Shown here: piece by piece, positions 10,148 to 19,666 of the stretch
How the letters are laid out: every line of letters starts with the position of its first letter
Numbering within the stretch: position 1 is the stretch's first letter
NCBI GenBank assembly: GCA_020629755.1
Contig: JAHDCS010000004.1
Span: 5,588 to 69,587, forward strand
From: Flavobacteriales bacterium
GTDB taxonomy: Bacteria > Bacteroidota > Bacteroidia > Flavobacteriales_G > JALEGO01
DNA: 64,000 nucleotides
Reading direction: 5' to 3'
Translations under genes and position numbers: made by a program
The notes under the pieces: model-generated
The model's database searches: none
Told to the model about the DNA's origin: nothing
Seen by the model: only the letters and a program-made list of their open reading frames with translations

Positions 10148-10245
10148 AAGTTTAAAAAAAATGGGTTTTGTGTTTTTTCTAAAAAAACTTCTCTATATTT
10201 AGCCCGGTTGGCTTCATTACAGACGCATAAAGAAACACATAATCT

Positions 10246-10659
10246 ATGAAGAAAACGTTATTATTTTGCTTTCTTATTTGTGTATTTGACTTTTGTTTTA
10301 GTCAAGAGGTTTTGCAAATAGATCCTAGGCTTAAAGTTCAATATATTGAAGAGATCTGTCATGATGCTTCAAAAGGAAAGCACCAAAAAGAGCTCTTGTT
10401 TCAGTTTAAAAACATCAGTAACTCTATTCTTGAATTTGAATATAGTTTTAGAATAGACTACGGCACCTATTGCGTAGGTTGCGCATCTCAAGAGCATATC
10501 AAGGTGCACACAAAAACACTTTCACCTAATCAAGTGATTAATGGCGAATGCTTTGATAAAAACAGCGGATTGTCTGCTGTTGTTCAAGTATTAGCACCAG
10601 GAGCAAAATCTGAATTAAAGAGTATAGCCCTGGATAATGTTAAAATTGTAGAGAAATGA
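10246..10659 (+). CDS. Small secreted protein of unknown function
   Basis: The signal peptide is MKKTLLFCFLICVFDFCFSQ. Its stop overlaps the start of the next gene (ATGA, 4-nt overlap). Confidence 0.6.
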   Translation: MKKTLLFCFLICVFDFCFSQEVLQIDPRLKVQYIEEICHDASKGKHQKELLFQFKNISNSILEFEYSFRIDYGTYCVGCASQEHIKVHTKTLSPNQVINGECFDKNSGLSAVVQVLAPGAKSELKSIALDNVKIVEK

Positions 10660-13600
10660 AGGCGATTTTAACACTTTTTTTCTTTGCTATTGGGGGGATG
10701 TTTTCTTATACTCAATGTACCCTTGAAGCCCTTGGATCTCTTGAAGAGATTTATTGTGGCCAACAGGTAAGTTTATCGGCTTATGGCACGTCTTCAGCTC
10801 CGCTATTAGACAATGATTTTAATACACCAGCAAATCAACCAGGCCAAGGCTGGGCGTCAACTACGGCCGCCATGTTTTCTAATCCTTGTTCGCCAGGCCC
10901 AGACGGCACACCTCACCTTTGGATGGGTGATTTTTCTTCTCAACCTCGTGTGTTAGAGACGCAAGTATTTGACTTAAGTCCTGGGGGGAGTATTTGTTTT
11001 GACTTAATTTTTGCTACTCAGGCAAATGCATCGCCGTGTGAAGGGCCAGATGAGCCAGATGAAGGGGTTTATTTGCAGTATTCAACAGATGGCGGAGCGA
11101 CTTGGCAAAACATTCATTACTTTGATCCTAATGGCGGATACGACCAGACCTTAACCTCTTGGAATAATTACTGTTTTAATCTGCCTCAGGGCGCACTATT
11201 TCCGAATGTGAGCATTCGTTGGTTTCAAGACGCATCTACCTCTGATTTATATGACCACTGGGGCATAGACAATGTACTTATTACACTAAATGATATAGAT
11301 TATTATTATGAGTGGCAGCATGATTTATCTTCAGATGCTGAAAACCCAACACCTGTATCGCCTTTACAAAACACTTCTTATGAGGTGATTTATACCAATG
11401 GAGTAGACGACACTTGTAGTGCCACGGTAGATGTTGTGGTAAACGCGCCATTGTTAAATGTAAATGCGGGTAACGACACCACTATTTGTCCGGGTACGTG
11501 TCTTGAACTTCCGGGTGAGGCGGCTTTGGTATCAATTCCTGGGGGACAACAAGAAAGGTGTGAGATTGGTGATCAAACTATCGATGCTGGTGGGTTTTCT
11601 GGGTTCACACTTGATTACCCTATTTATATTGGAGGGATGAATGCCTCAAATATCTCTTCTGGGATGATACAAAGCATTTGTATAGATTTAGAATTTAATG
11701 ATGCATGGGCAAATCCAAATGATGGTTTAGAAAATATACAGTTACAATTAATTTGCCCCAATGGCACAGCTATTAATCTTGTGAACCAAGGAGGTGTATC
11801 GGGTCATCAAATGCAATCTACTTGTTTTGGTCCAATGGGCTCAAACATTTCTGGTGCTTCAGCGCCATATACAGATACCTATAAACCAAATGAGCCATTA
11901 AACTTACTTAATGGATGTGATGTGGCAGGCACTTGGACTATTCGAGTTATTAACCAAGGGTTATGGTCTAATGCGGGTGTTTTTCAGGGGGTTTGTATCA
12001 CAATTAATGATTTAGATCAAGAATTTCCAGCGATGTTTTCTTGGTCGCCAAACACAAATATGGTTAACGCCAACACCTTAAACCCAACGGTTTGTCCATC
12101 CACCCAAACAACGTATACGATTAATGCAGAAGATTCAAACTCTTGCGCTTCTGCATCAGATCAAATCACTATAAATGTAGCAAATAGCCCTGCGTGTTGT
12201 CCGTTTACTTTTTCACCTCAAATTACCTCATCAGGCAATTGTTCTACAGGTGCCACGTCTGATATCGATATTCAATTGTCTAATGGGGGTAATTTTTCAT
12301 TTGTATGGTCTGATGGCGCTACTACTGAAGACAGAACAAACCTAGCCAACGGTCAGTATGGCGTAACTGTGACAGATCTTACGAATAATTGTTCTAAAGA
12401 CACTCTTTTTATTTTAAGTGCTCAAAATTCAGGTTCAACCCTTCAAATTGATAGCATAACAGCAAACAACGAAACTTGTTTTGGTCTTGACAATGGTTCT
12501 GCTATTGCCTTTGCTACTACTTCTGCTCCACCAATTACGTACAACTGGGGTTTAGCTTCTTCACAAACTACTCAAGGTGTAGCTAACATTGCTCCTGGTA
12601 GTTACATGGTCACATTAACAGATAATAATGGCTGTGAGGATTCAAGCGCTTTCCAAATATTAAGCGGGCAACAACTCAGTAGTTCATTTGTAGTGAATGA
12701 CGTGACATGTGGCGGCCAAAATGGCTTTATAGGCTTGACCGTAAATGGCGGAAGTGGAGTATACGATTTTTTATGGAGTGACGGTAGTACAACAGAAGAT
12801 ATTTCTCAAATTCAAGGAGGATTGTATTCTGTTTCTATTACAGACCAACAAACAAATTGTACTATTGATACCTCGACATTCGTGTCTAGTATTGACTATG
12901 CAAGTATTGATAGTATTGTAGTGGTTGATGAATCTTGTAGTGGCACTAATGATGGCGCTGCAACAGTGTTTGTGTCTGGAGGGATACAACCTTATACTTA
13001 TTCATTTAGCACCAGCCCAATTGGCACTCAAACAAATACATTAACCAATTTACCTTCTGGCAATTACGGAGTTACCCTTACTGATGGGATGGGGTGTACT
13101 ATTCCTGATTCATTTTATATTCAGCCAGGTGTTGTTATTGATATCATTACTCAAAACATTGACGGAACAACTTGTGATCAAAGTAATGGTCTAATTAATT
13201 TATTTGTGAATGGAGGATCACAAAACTTTGATTATCAATGGTCAAATGGAGAAACTCAATTAGACTTGGCTAATATTGATTCGGGCTTATACGTTTTAAC
13301 CTTGACTGATTTGAATTTTAATTGTGTTATCCAATCGCAATATCAAGTTCCTTATCAAGTACCTCCAAGCATTTCTTTAGATATCGAAAACGAATCTTGT
13401 CCTTCGCAATTTGATGGATGGGCAATTGCAAATGTTAATGGGGGCACAATGCCATTTAACTACATTTGGTCATCTGGCATAAATAGCAATATAGATACTG
13501 CATTTAGCTTATCTCAAGGCAGTTATTCAGTCAGTGTTATAGACAACAATAATTGTTTGGTTACCCAGAACTTTACCATTACAGCACCGCTTTACTGTTG

Positions 13601-14843
13601 TGATTTAGAGCCTAATTTTGTTTTTTCTGACACGCTTTGTTCATATTCAAATAATGGATTTATTCAGACACAAACCACTGGAGGGTCTTTAAATTATGCT
13701 TATAATTGGTCTACAGGTGCTCAAAGTGGGTCTATATCTAATTTAAATGCAGGTACGTATTATTTGACGTTGACAGATCAACTCAATCCAACATGTGTTT
13801 TAGATACTTTTGTTGAGCTTGTACAAGCACTAGATTTCACAAGCAATATAGAGGTGACGCATGAATCGTGTTTGAATGGTCAAAACGGAGCTGTAAATAT
13901 TGATGTTTTAGGTGGTGATAGTCCGTTTTCTGTGGTATGGGATAATACGCTTACAAGCACAAATGGCTTTGAGGCAGAGATGATTTTACCCGGATCATAT
14001 GACGTCACTATTGAAGATAGACACGGATGTCAAGAGATAAAAACATTTTTTATTAATCCCGGATCAGGGTGTTGTCCAGTTCAATTCTCAGCAACCATAT
14101 CTGGTATAGATTGCTTCAATAAAGGGAGTATTAACGCAATGGTATTAGGGGCAAATGGATCTGGATTTACATACTCAATTAACAGTGGTGACTTTTCTAC
14201 AAACAATACATTTACGAATCTAGAAGTTGGCCACTATACTATATCTGCTGAAGATAACAATGGCTGTAGAGGAGATACCATTTTATATATCCCAGTTTTG
14301 GACACAACATTTAATGTTGATTTTGACTTTTTTCCTGAGAACCCCACCACTAGTAATACGCTTATAGAATTTGAGAACACCAGTAGTGACGCCTTTGAAT
14401 ATACTTGGAATTTTGCGGATTTAGAAAGCTCTACAGAGATGCATCCTACTTATTTTTTCCCAGATTCTTTACCTGGCACATATCCAGTTTGTTTATGGGC
14501 TAAAAAAGGATTTTGTGAAGATTCTCTTTGTAAAGATGTGGTAATTGCAGGCGAAGAAATGTTTTTTATTCCAAATGCTTTTACTCCGAACGACGACGAT
14601 GAAAATGATTTATTCTTTCCTGTATTAAGAGATGATATTAACCGTGCATTTACCTTTAAAGTATTTGATAGATGGGGTGGCTTATTATATGAAACAGACC
14701 AAGGCATCCCCTGGAATGGTAGAGAATTTAACACAGGCGAGATGACTGCACAAGGGGTATATATGTGGGTGATAAGATTTGATAAAAAATTTGCAGGCAA
14801 AAGAAAGTATACTGGTATAGTGTTCTTGCTTCCGGGAGATTGA
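10656..14843 (+). CDS. Multidomain T9SS cargo. Domain order: jelly-roll (reelin/MAM-like) N-domain, proprotein-convertase P-domain, 9 SprB-type repeats, PKD domain, type-B (gliding motility-associated) C-terminal domain.
   Basis: YLQYSTDGGATWQ...HWGIDNVLI marks the N-domain. IQLQLICPNGT...GTWTIRVIN...GVCITIND is P-domain-like. Nine C.G..(D)G...GG..(P)Y.Y.WS units follow. The C-terminus is FIPNAFTPNDDDENDLFFP...FKVFDRWGGLLYE...GVYMWVI. Confidence 0.85.
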   Translation: MKAILTLFFFAIGGMFSYTQCTLEALGSLEEIYCGQQVSLSAYGTSSAPLLDNDFNTPANQPGQGWASTTAAMFSNPCSPGPDGTPHLWMGDFSSQPRVLETQVFDLSPGGSICFDLIFATQANASPCEGPDEPDEGVYLQYSTDGGATWQNIHYFDPNGGYDQTLTSWNNYCFNLPQGALFPNVSIRWFQDASTSDLYDHWGIDNVLITLNDIDYYYEWQHDLSSDAENPTPVSPLQNTSYEVIYTNGVDDTCSATVDVVVNAPLLNVNAGNDTTICPGTCLELPGEAALVSIPGGQQERCEIGDQTIDAGGFSGFTLDYPIYIGGMNASNISSGMIQSICIDLEFNDAWANPNDGLENIQLQLICPNGTAINLVNQGGVSGHQMQSTCFGPMGSNISGASAPYTDTYKPNEPLNLLNGCDVAGTWTIRVINQGLWSNAGVFQGVCITINDLDQEFPAMFSWSPNTNMVNANTLNPTVCPSTQTTYTINAEDSNSCASASDQITINVANSPACCPFTFSPQITSSGNCSTGATSDIDIQLSNGGNFSFVWSDGATTEDRTNLANGQYGVTVTDLTNNCSKDTLFILSAQNSGSTLQIDSITANNETCFGLDNGSAIAFATTSAPPITYNWGLASSQTTQGVANIAPGSYMVTLTDNNGCEDSSAFQILSGQQLSSSFVVNDVTCGGQNGFIGLTVNGGSGVYDFLWSDGSTTEDISQIQGGLYSVSITDQQTNCTIDTSTFVSSIDYASIDSIVVVDESCSGTNDGAATVFVSGGIQPYTYSFSTSPIGTQTNTLTNLPSGNYGVTLTDGMGCTIPDSFYIQPGVVIDIITQNIDGTTCDQSNGLINLFVNGGSQNFDYQWSNGETQLDLANIDSGLYVLTLTDLNFNCVIQSQYQVPYQVPPSISLDIENESCPSQFDGWAIANVNGGTMPFNYIWSSGINSNIDTAFSLSQGSYSVSVIDNNNCLVTQNFTITAPLYCCDLEPNFVFSDTLCSYSNNGFIQTQTTGGSLNYAYNWSTGAQSGSISNLNAGTYYLTLTDQLNPTCVLDTFVELVQALDFTSNIEVTHESCLNGQNGAVNIDVLGGDSPFSVVWDNTLTSTNGFEAEMILPGSYDVTIEDRHGCQEIKTFFINPGSGCCPVQFSATISGIDCFNKGSINAMVLGANGSGFTYSINSGDFSTNNTFTNLEVGHYTISAEDNNGCRGDTILYIPVLDTTFNVDFDFFPENPTTSNTLIEFENTSSDAFEYTWNFADLESSTEMHPTYFFPDSLPGTYPVCLWAKKGFCEDSLCKDVVIAGEEMFFIPNAFTPNDDDENDLFFPVLRDDINRAFTFKVFDRWGGLLYETDQGIPWNGREFNTGEMTAQGVYMWVIRFDKKFAGKRKYTGIVFLLPGD
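12195..14300 (+). repeat. Array of 9 SprB-type protein repeats (~75-80 aa each) inside the 1395-aa gene
   Basis: The units were counted by eye in the translation. They are diverged at the DNA level. Confidence 0.75.
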
Positions 14844-14871
14844 TTCTGGGCTGAATCTAAAAAACTATTTT

Positions 14872-14879
14872 TACCTTTG
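14872..14879 (+). promoter_or_regulatory. TAnnTTTG -7 box upstream of the ABC transporter operon
   Basis: TACCTTTG lies 30 nt upstream of the putative TTG start at 14910. Confidence 0.3.
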
Positions 14880-14909
14880 TTTTAACACTTCACGCGTTAA
14901 TTTTTTCCA

Positions 14910-15848
14910 TTGGCAGATATATTAAGAATTAAAGACCTTTATAAGTCCTACTCCGATCATCAGGCCTTAAAAGGGGTGTCTTTATCTGTAGTTTCTGGTC
15001 AAATTTTCGGATTACTCGGTCCTAATGGCGCAGGAAAATCAACCTTAATTAGAATCATCAATAACATTATTGCTTTCGATAAAGGCGATGTATGTATTGA
15101 TAGCAGACCTTTAGATCAATTTTCATCTCGTGAAATAGGGTATTTGCCAGAAGAGCGAGGGCTCTATAAAAAAATGAGAGTGACTGAACAACTCATTTAT
15201 TTAGCTAGGCTTAAAGGAATGAGTCGGTTCGATGCTAAAAAAGCAATCAAAGATTGGTTTTCTAGATTAGATATAGCCAATTGGGATAAAAAAAACCTAG
15301 AAGATCTCTCCAAAGGGATGCAGCAAAAAATTCAATTTATTTCAACAGTACTTCATCATCCTAAATTATTAATCTTAGATGAACCTTTTTCGGGTTTTGA
15401 CCCATTAAACGCACAATTGATTAAAGATGAAATCATGCGTTTAAAAAAAGAAGGCACAAGCATATTGCTATCCACCCATAACATGGCTTCAGTCGAAGAA
15501 CTTTGCGATAAAATAAGCTTAATTCACCACGGAGAAATAGTTTTGGATGGACGCGTAGAGACCGTTAAAAAGAAATTTGGAGCAAATAAATTTGAGGTTG
15601 TTTTTTCAGGCACCTCACAGTCATTTTCTAATGCACTATGGATTGGCGCTAAAGTGATTTCTTTTAAAGAAAAAGACGATACAATAACGGCTGTTGTAAC
15701 GCTTACCGGCCGTATGGAAATTAAAGAGATTATTGCCTCTTTAATAGGTAAGGTAGAGATATTATCTTTCAGAGAATTATTACCCAGTATGCAAGACATC
15801 TTTTTAAGAGTTGTTGCGCCTAAAGAAGAGCTTATTGCAAATGAGTAA
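14910..15848 (+). CDS. ABC transporter ATP-binding protein (NatA-like, with a C-terminal DUF4162-like extension)
   Basis: Walker A GPNGAGKST, signature LSKGMQQK and Walker B LLILDEP are present. There is an apparent TTG start. Confidence 0.9.
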   Translation: MADILRIKDLYKSYSDHQALKGVSLSVVSGQIFGLLGPNGAGKSTLIRIINNIIAFDKGDVCIDSRPLDQFSSREIGYLPEERGLYKKMRVTEQLIYLARLKGMSRFDAKKAIKDWFSRLDIANWDKKNLEDLSKGMQQKIQFISTVLHHPKLLILDEPFSGFDPLNAQLIKDEIMRLKKEGTSILLSTHNMASVEELCDKISLIHHGEIVLDGRVETVKKKFGANKFEVVFSGTSQSFSNALWIGAKVISFKEKDDTITAVVTLTGRMEIKEIIASLIGKVEILSFRELLPSMQDIFLRVVAPKEELIANE

Positions 15849-17169
15849 AATTCCGATCATACTAAAAAGAGAGTTTTTATCAAGAGTAAGAAAACGCTCT
15901 TTTTTAATTGTAACACTACTTGTACCTGTGTTAATTTCAATAGTTCTGGCGATAAGCATATGGCTTTCATTACAAGAAAATCAAAAGCAACATATTTTAA
16001 TTGTAGATGACAATTACCCAGTATTTCAACAGATCAAAAATGAAAAAGGTTTATCGTATTATTACCAAGATATCTCTTTAGAAAAAGCTGAAAAACTCAT
16101 GTTTTTAGATGGCTCAATTTACACAGGTATTCTGTATTTACCAGAGAATATTATGGCGTCTAATGCTTCTAAATTGTATGTAAAAAAGCAGCCAGGGGCT
16201 ATTACTCAGAGGCGTATAGAAAAACAGATTGAAAACATCATTGAAAACCAAAAGCTGCTCTATAACAAAATACCCAAAGAAATATACAATAAGATTAATA
16301 CAGAATTTCACTTAACGCCTTTTAAAATCAATGAAAATGGAGAAGAATCAAAAATAAATAGCGATCAGGCATTTGTAGGATTTGGCTTTGCTATTTTAAT
16401 CTGGTTTATGATTATGATGTACGGCACAATGGTGATGCGCTCTGTTATGGAAGAAAAAGTCAACCGCATAGTTGAGGTGATTATCTCTTCTGTAAAGCCT
16501 TTTGAGCTAATGATGGGTAAAATTATTGGCGTGGCTTTTGTAGGGCTTTTACAAGTGCTTATGTGGGGCATTTTATCGAGCATTTTATTTGTAGCGATAC
16601 AATTCTTTTTTATTGGTTCTTTAGACTTAACGAGCTTGCAAGACATTCAAACAACCAAAGAAGTTGGTCGGGTAAATCACACAGACATTCAAGTGCTTTT
16701 GCAAGATCCAAACTTTATTTTAAACAGAATTAATTTTGCCGTTATGATTCCATTGTTTTTGTTTTATTTTTTGGGGGGATATTTATTGTATGCTGCTCTT
16801 TTTGCAGCTGTTGGCGCCCTTATTGATAGCGAATCTGAAACACAACAATTTGTAACGCCCTTAACACTTCCTTTATTAATTGCTTATGTTATGGCGCCTG
16901 GTGTAATTAATAATCCAGAGAGTATTTCGGCTGTTTTCACTTCTATTTTTCCATTCACCTCTCCAGTAACTATGATGATAAGGATGAGTATCGGTGTTGG
17001 CGACTCAGGAGGATTACCCATATGGCAAGTATTGTTGTCTATGGCGCTTCTTATACTTACTTTTCTATGCATTATATGGTTAGCGTCAAAAATATACAGA
17101 GCAGGCATTTTACATACCGGAAAACGCCCGAGTTTTAAGAAAATTTTCAGTTGGTTGAAAAACGCATAA
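15841..17169 (+). CDS. ABC-2 family transporter permease (NatB-like)
   Basis: It has an N-terminal TM, a large extracytoplasmic loop, then 5 TM segments. The ATG at 15841 overlaps the upstream stop (ATGAGTAA). Confidence 0.8.
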   Translation: MSKIPIILKREFLSRVRKRSFLIVTLLVPVLISIVLAISIWLSLQENQKQHILIVDDNYPVFQQIKNEKGLSYYYQDISLEKAEKLMFLDGSIYTGILYLPENIMASNASKLYVKKQPGAITQRRIEKQIENIIENQKLLYNKIPKEIYNKINTEFHLTPFKINENGEESKINSDQAFVGFGFAILIWFMIMMYGTMVMRSVMEEKVNRIVEVIISSVKPFELMMGKIIGVAFVGLLQVLMWGILSSILFVAIQFFFIGSLDLTSLQDIQTTKEVGRVNHTDIQVLLQDPNFILNRINFAVMIPLFLFYFLGGYLLYAALFAAVGALIDSESETQQFVTPLTLPLLIAYVMAPGVINNPESISAVFTSIFPFTSPVTMMIRMSIGVGDSGGLPIWQVLLSMALLILTFLCIIWLASKIYRAGILHTGKRPSFKKIFSWLKNA

Positions 17170-17178
17170 GTTAGACAT

Positions 17179-18273
17179 ATGTTTTATAGTTTTACCCGGG
17201 TACTTGCGCGATTTATTTTAAGACTTTTTTTTAGAAACGTCCATCTTTCAGGCTTAGAAAACATCCCTAAAAACACCCCGGTTATTATTTCTTCAAATCA
17301 TCCAAATGCCTATGTTGAAGCAGTGCTTATTGGTTGTTTATTGCCCTTTAGGCTCTCTATCTTAGTCAGAGCAGACGTGTTTAAAAACCCTGTGATAAGA
17401 AAGATTTTAGAAACATTTCACCTTATACCAGTCTATCGGCTCAGAGACGGTAAAAACCAAATGCATAAAAACACTGAAAGTTTTTCTAAAGCCATCCAGC
17501 GGCTAGAAAAAAAACATGCCATATTGATTTTTAGCGAAGGCACTTCTCAAATGGGTAAACATCTTCTGCCTTTTAAAAAAGGCACAGTGCGCATAGGGTT
17601 TCAGGCGTATGAAATCTTAAAAAAAGAGGTTGCAATTTTACCTGTTTCAGTGAATTATTCTTTTTTTATGCACCAACAAAAGTCGGTTTGTGTACACGTC
17701 AATAAACCGCTTATGGTGTCAAGTTATTATAGCCAACAAGAGGTTCAGAAATACAATAACATCCAAAAAATGACAAAGGCATTACAGGCAAAAATGGCTG
17801 AAAACATTGTAACAGTACCTATCAATACATTAGAGTCCTTTCAAAAAAAATTAGAAGACTACTATACAAACACAAAGGTGTCTTTTTGGAAAACAAAAAC
17901 AGAACAATTTTTAACTATTCAAAAACAAATTGCGCTATTAAAAACACCATCAACATCCCCCCGCCAGAATTCTTCTTTTTTATTTACCTCTCTTTTAGAG
18001 TTGCCTTTCGTTTTATTAGGATTAGCAATTCATTATGCGACCTTATTTCCTTTAGAACTACTTACTAAAGCATTCGGTCTAGATCGAGAATTTTATTTAT
18101 CCATATGGATTAGCTTAAGCCTTATATTTACTTTGTTTTTTTTAATGATACTATTTATAGTGTTTCCTGTAAAGCCAGCATTTCTTTTGCTTTTTACACT
18201 CTGTTTTTCTTTACTGAGTCTTTATCGGGCGTTTAAACACAAAAGCTTATCCCCCCTGAAAAATAAAATCTAA
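17179..18273 (+). CDS. Lysophospholipid/glycerol-phosphate acyltransferase family protein with a C-terminal multi-TM tail
   Basis: NHPNAYVEA, FSEGTS and VSVNY resemble acyltransferase blocks. Residues ~270-364 form 3 hydrophobic segments. Confidence 0.65.
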   Translation: MFYSFTRVLARFILRLFFRNVHLSGLENIPKNTPVIISSNHPNAYVEAVLIGCLLPFRLSILVRADVFKNPVIRKILETFHLIPVYRLRDGKNQMHKNTESFSKAIQRLEKKHAILIFSEGTSQMGKHLLPFKKGTVRIGFQAYEILKKEVAILPVSVNYSFFMHQQKSVCVHVNKPLMVSSYYSQQEVQKYNNIQKMTKALQAKMAENIVTVPINTLESFQKKLEDYYTNTKVSFWKTKTEQFLTIQKQIALLKTPSTSPRQNSSFLFTSLLELPFVLLGLAIHYATLFPLELLTKAFGLDREFYLSIWISLSLIFTLFFLMILFIVFPVKPAFLLLFTLCFSLLSLYRAFKHKSLSPLKNKI

Positions 18274-19545
18274 GGCTTTGTGATAAGTATCAATTGTGTT
18301 TTGAATTTGGGCTTTAGTATGAGCCGCAGAGACAAATCCAACCTCATACCCTGAGGGGGCAAGATACACCCCGTTATTTAACATGAACCGATGCAATTCA
18401 GAAAAATAATTTGCACTTTCTTTTTTAATATCTGAAGCTTTTTTAACCGTGTTACTCACATGAAATGTTGTCCAAAAAATAGAACCAATGTGATACATAT
18501 AAAAGGGGTAGTTTTTTTGATGTACATAGTGCATAACACCCTCTACCAGGTACTGGGTTTTCTCTTCTAAATTTTTGTAAAAATCTGGCTGCAAACAAGT
18601 TGATAACTGAGCTAAACCAGCAGTCATTGCAATGGGGTTTCCAGATAATGTACCCGCTTGATATACAGCGCCCAATGGAGAAATATGATTCATTATATCG
18701 GCACTTGAAGCATAAGCCCCAACCGGGAACCCTCCGCCAATCACCTTACCGAATGTGATGATATCAGGCTTAATGGTATAATGCTCAGCAGCACCTTGAA
18801 ATCCAATTCTAAATCCAGAGATGACCTCGTCAAAAATCAGCAAAACATGGTGTTGATCACAAAGTGAGCGCAAGGTTTCTAAAAACACTTTATCTTGTAA
18901 AAGCAAGCCGTTATTAGCGGGTATAGGTTCTATAATCACACAAGCAATTTGATCCTTATTTTCTGTGAATGCCCGCTCAAGTTTTTCTATATCGTTCAAA
19001 GGAATACTGAGGGTGTTTTTCACGAAATCTAACGGAATACCAGCAGAAGAAGCTTCAGAAAAGGTAGCCAATCCTGATCCGCCCTGAACCATCAAGGCGT
19101 CAACATGTCCGTGATAGCAGCCGTTAAATTTTATGATTTTATCTTTCTTTGTAACACCTCTAGCCAAACGTACGGCAGACATTACAGCCTCAGTACCAGA
19201 ACTAACAAATCGAATTTGTTCGATGTACTTATGATTAGAGATAATTAAATCAGAAAGTTCATTTTCTGCGGTTGTAGGCATTCCAAAACTTGTACCTAAA
19301 GCGATTTTGTCTTGAACAGCTTCTATAATAGAAGGGTGCGCGTGGCCTAAAATTAAAGGTCCCCAAGACATACAATAATCAATATATTGGTTGTTGTCTT
19401 CGTCGGTTAGTATAGCGCCAGAGCCTTTTTTTGCAAACACAGGTGTTCCGCCAACAGACTTGAATGCCCTAACTGGAGAATTTACACCACCAGGCATAAG
19501 GGTAGTAGCTTTTTTATAAAGTTGTTCTGAGGTAGATCGATCCAT
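18247..19545 (-). CDS. hemL: Glutamate-1-semialdehyde 2,1-aminomutase
   Basis: Motifs GGVNSPVRAF, SGTEAVM and DEVISGFR are present, with the PLP lysine in TFGKVIGGG. I prefer the ATG at 19545. Confidence 0.93.
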   Translation of the reverse strand: MDRSTSEQLYKKATTLMPGGVNSPVRAFKSVGGTPVFAKKGSGAILTDEDNNQYIDYCMSWGPLILGHAHPSIIEAVQDKIALGTSFGMPTTAENELSDLIISNHKYIEQIRFVSSGTEAVMSAVRLARGVTKKDKIIKFNGCYHGHVDALMVQGGSGLATFSEASSAGIPLDFVKNTLSIPLNDIEKLERAFTENKDQIACVIIEPIPANNGLLLQDKVFLETLRSLCDQHHVLLIFDEVISGFRIGFQGAAEHYTIKPDIITFGKVIGGGFPVGAYASSADIMNHISPLGAVYQAGTLSGNPIAMTAGLAQLSTCLQPDFYKNLEEKTQYLVEGVMHYVHQKNYPFYMYHIGSIFWTTFHVSNTVKKASDIKKESANYFSELHRFMLNNGVYLAPSGYEVGFVSAAHTKAQIQNTIDTYHKALDFIFQGG

Positions 19546-19636
19546 ACAATAACAATATGAGCGCAAAAATACACAGTTTCAAATTCTTTAATCACAAGAA
19601 AATCAAAATTTTAAATCGATTTTTTTAGTTTTTTAT

Positions 19637-19644
19637 TAAATTTG
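19637..19644 (+). promoter_or_regulatory. TAnnTTTG -7 box upstream of the HU gene
   Basis: TAAATTTG lies 22 nt upstream of the ATG at 19667. Confidence 0.35.
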
Positions 19645-19666
19645 CACTCCCAAACGACTAGTAAAA

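Noticed and set aside
16761-16780. T-run plus G-run junctions (TTTTTTGGGGGG) resemble ciliate telomeric T4G4/T2G4 repeats or G-quadruplex seeds.
   Set aside because: Each is a single G-tract with no tandem repetition, located inside bacterial coding sequence. The resemblance is coincidental. The real signal is the GGGGGGAT word reported in the findings.
18247-18273. There is a 27-nt tail-to-tail overlap between the acyltransferase gene and hemL.
   Set aside because: Short convergent overlaps are common in compact genomes. No hairpin or regulatory structure is apparent.
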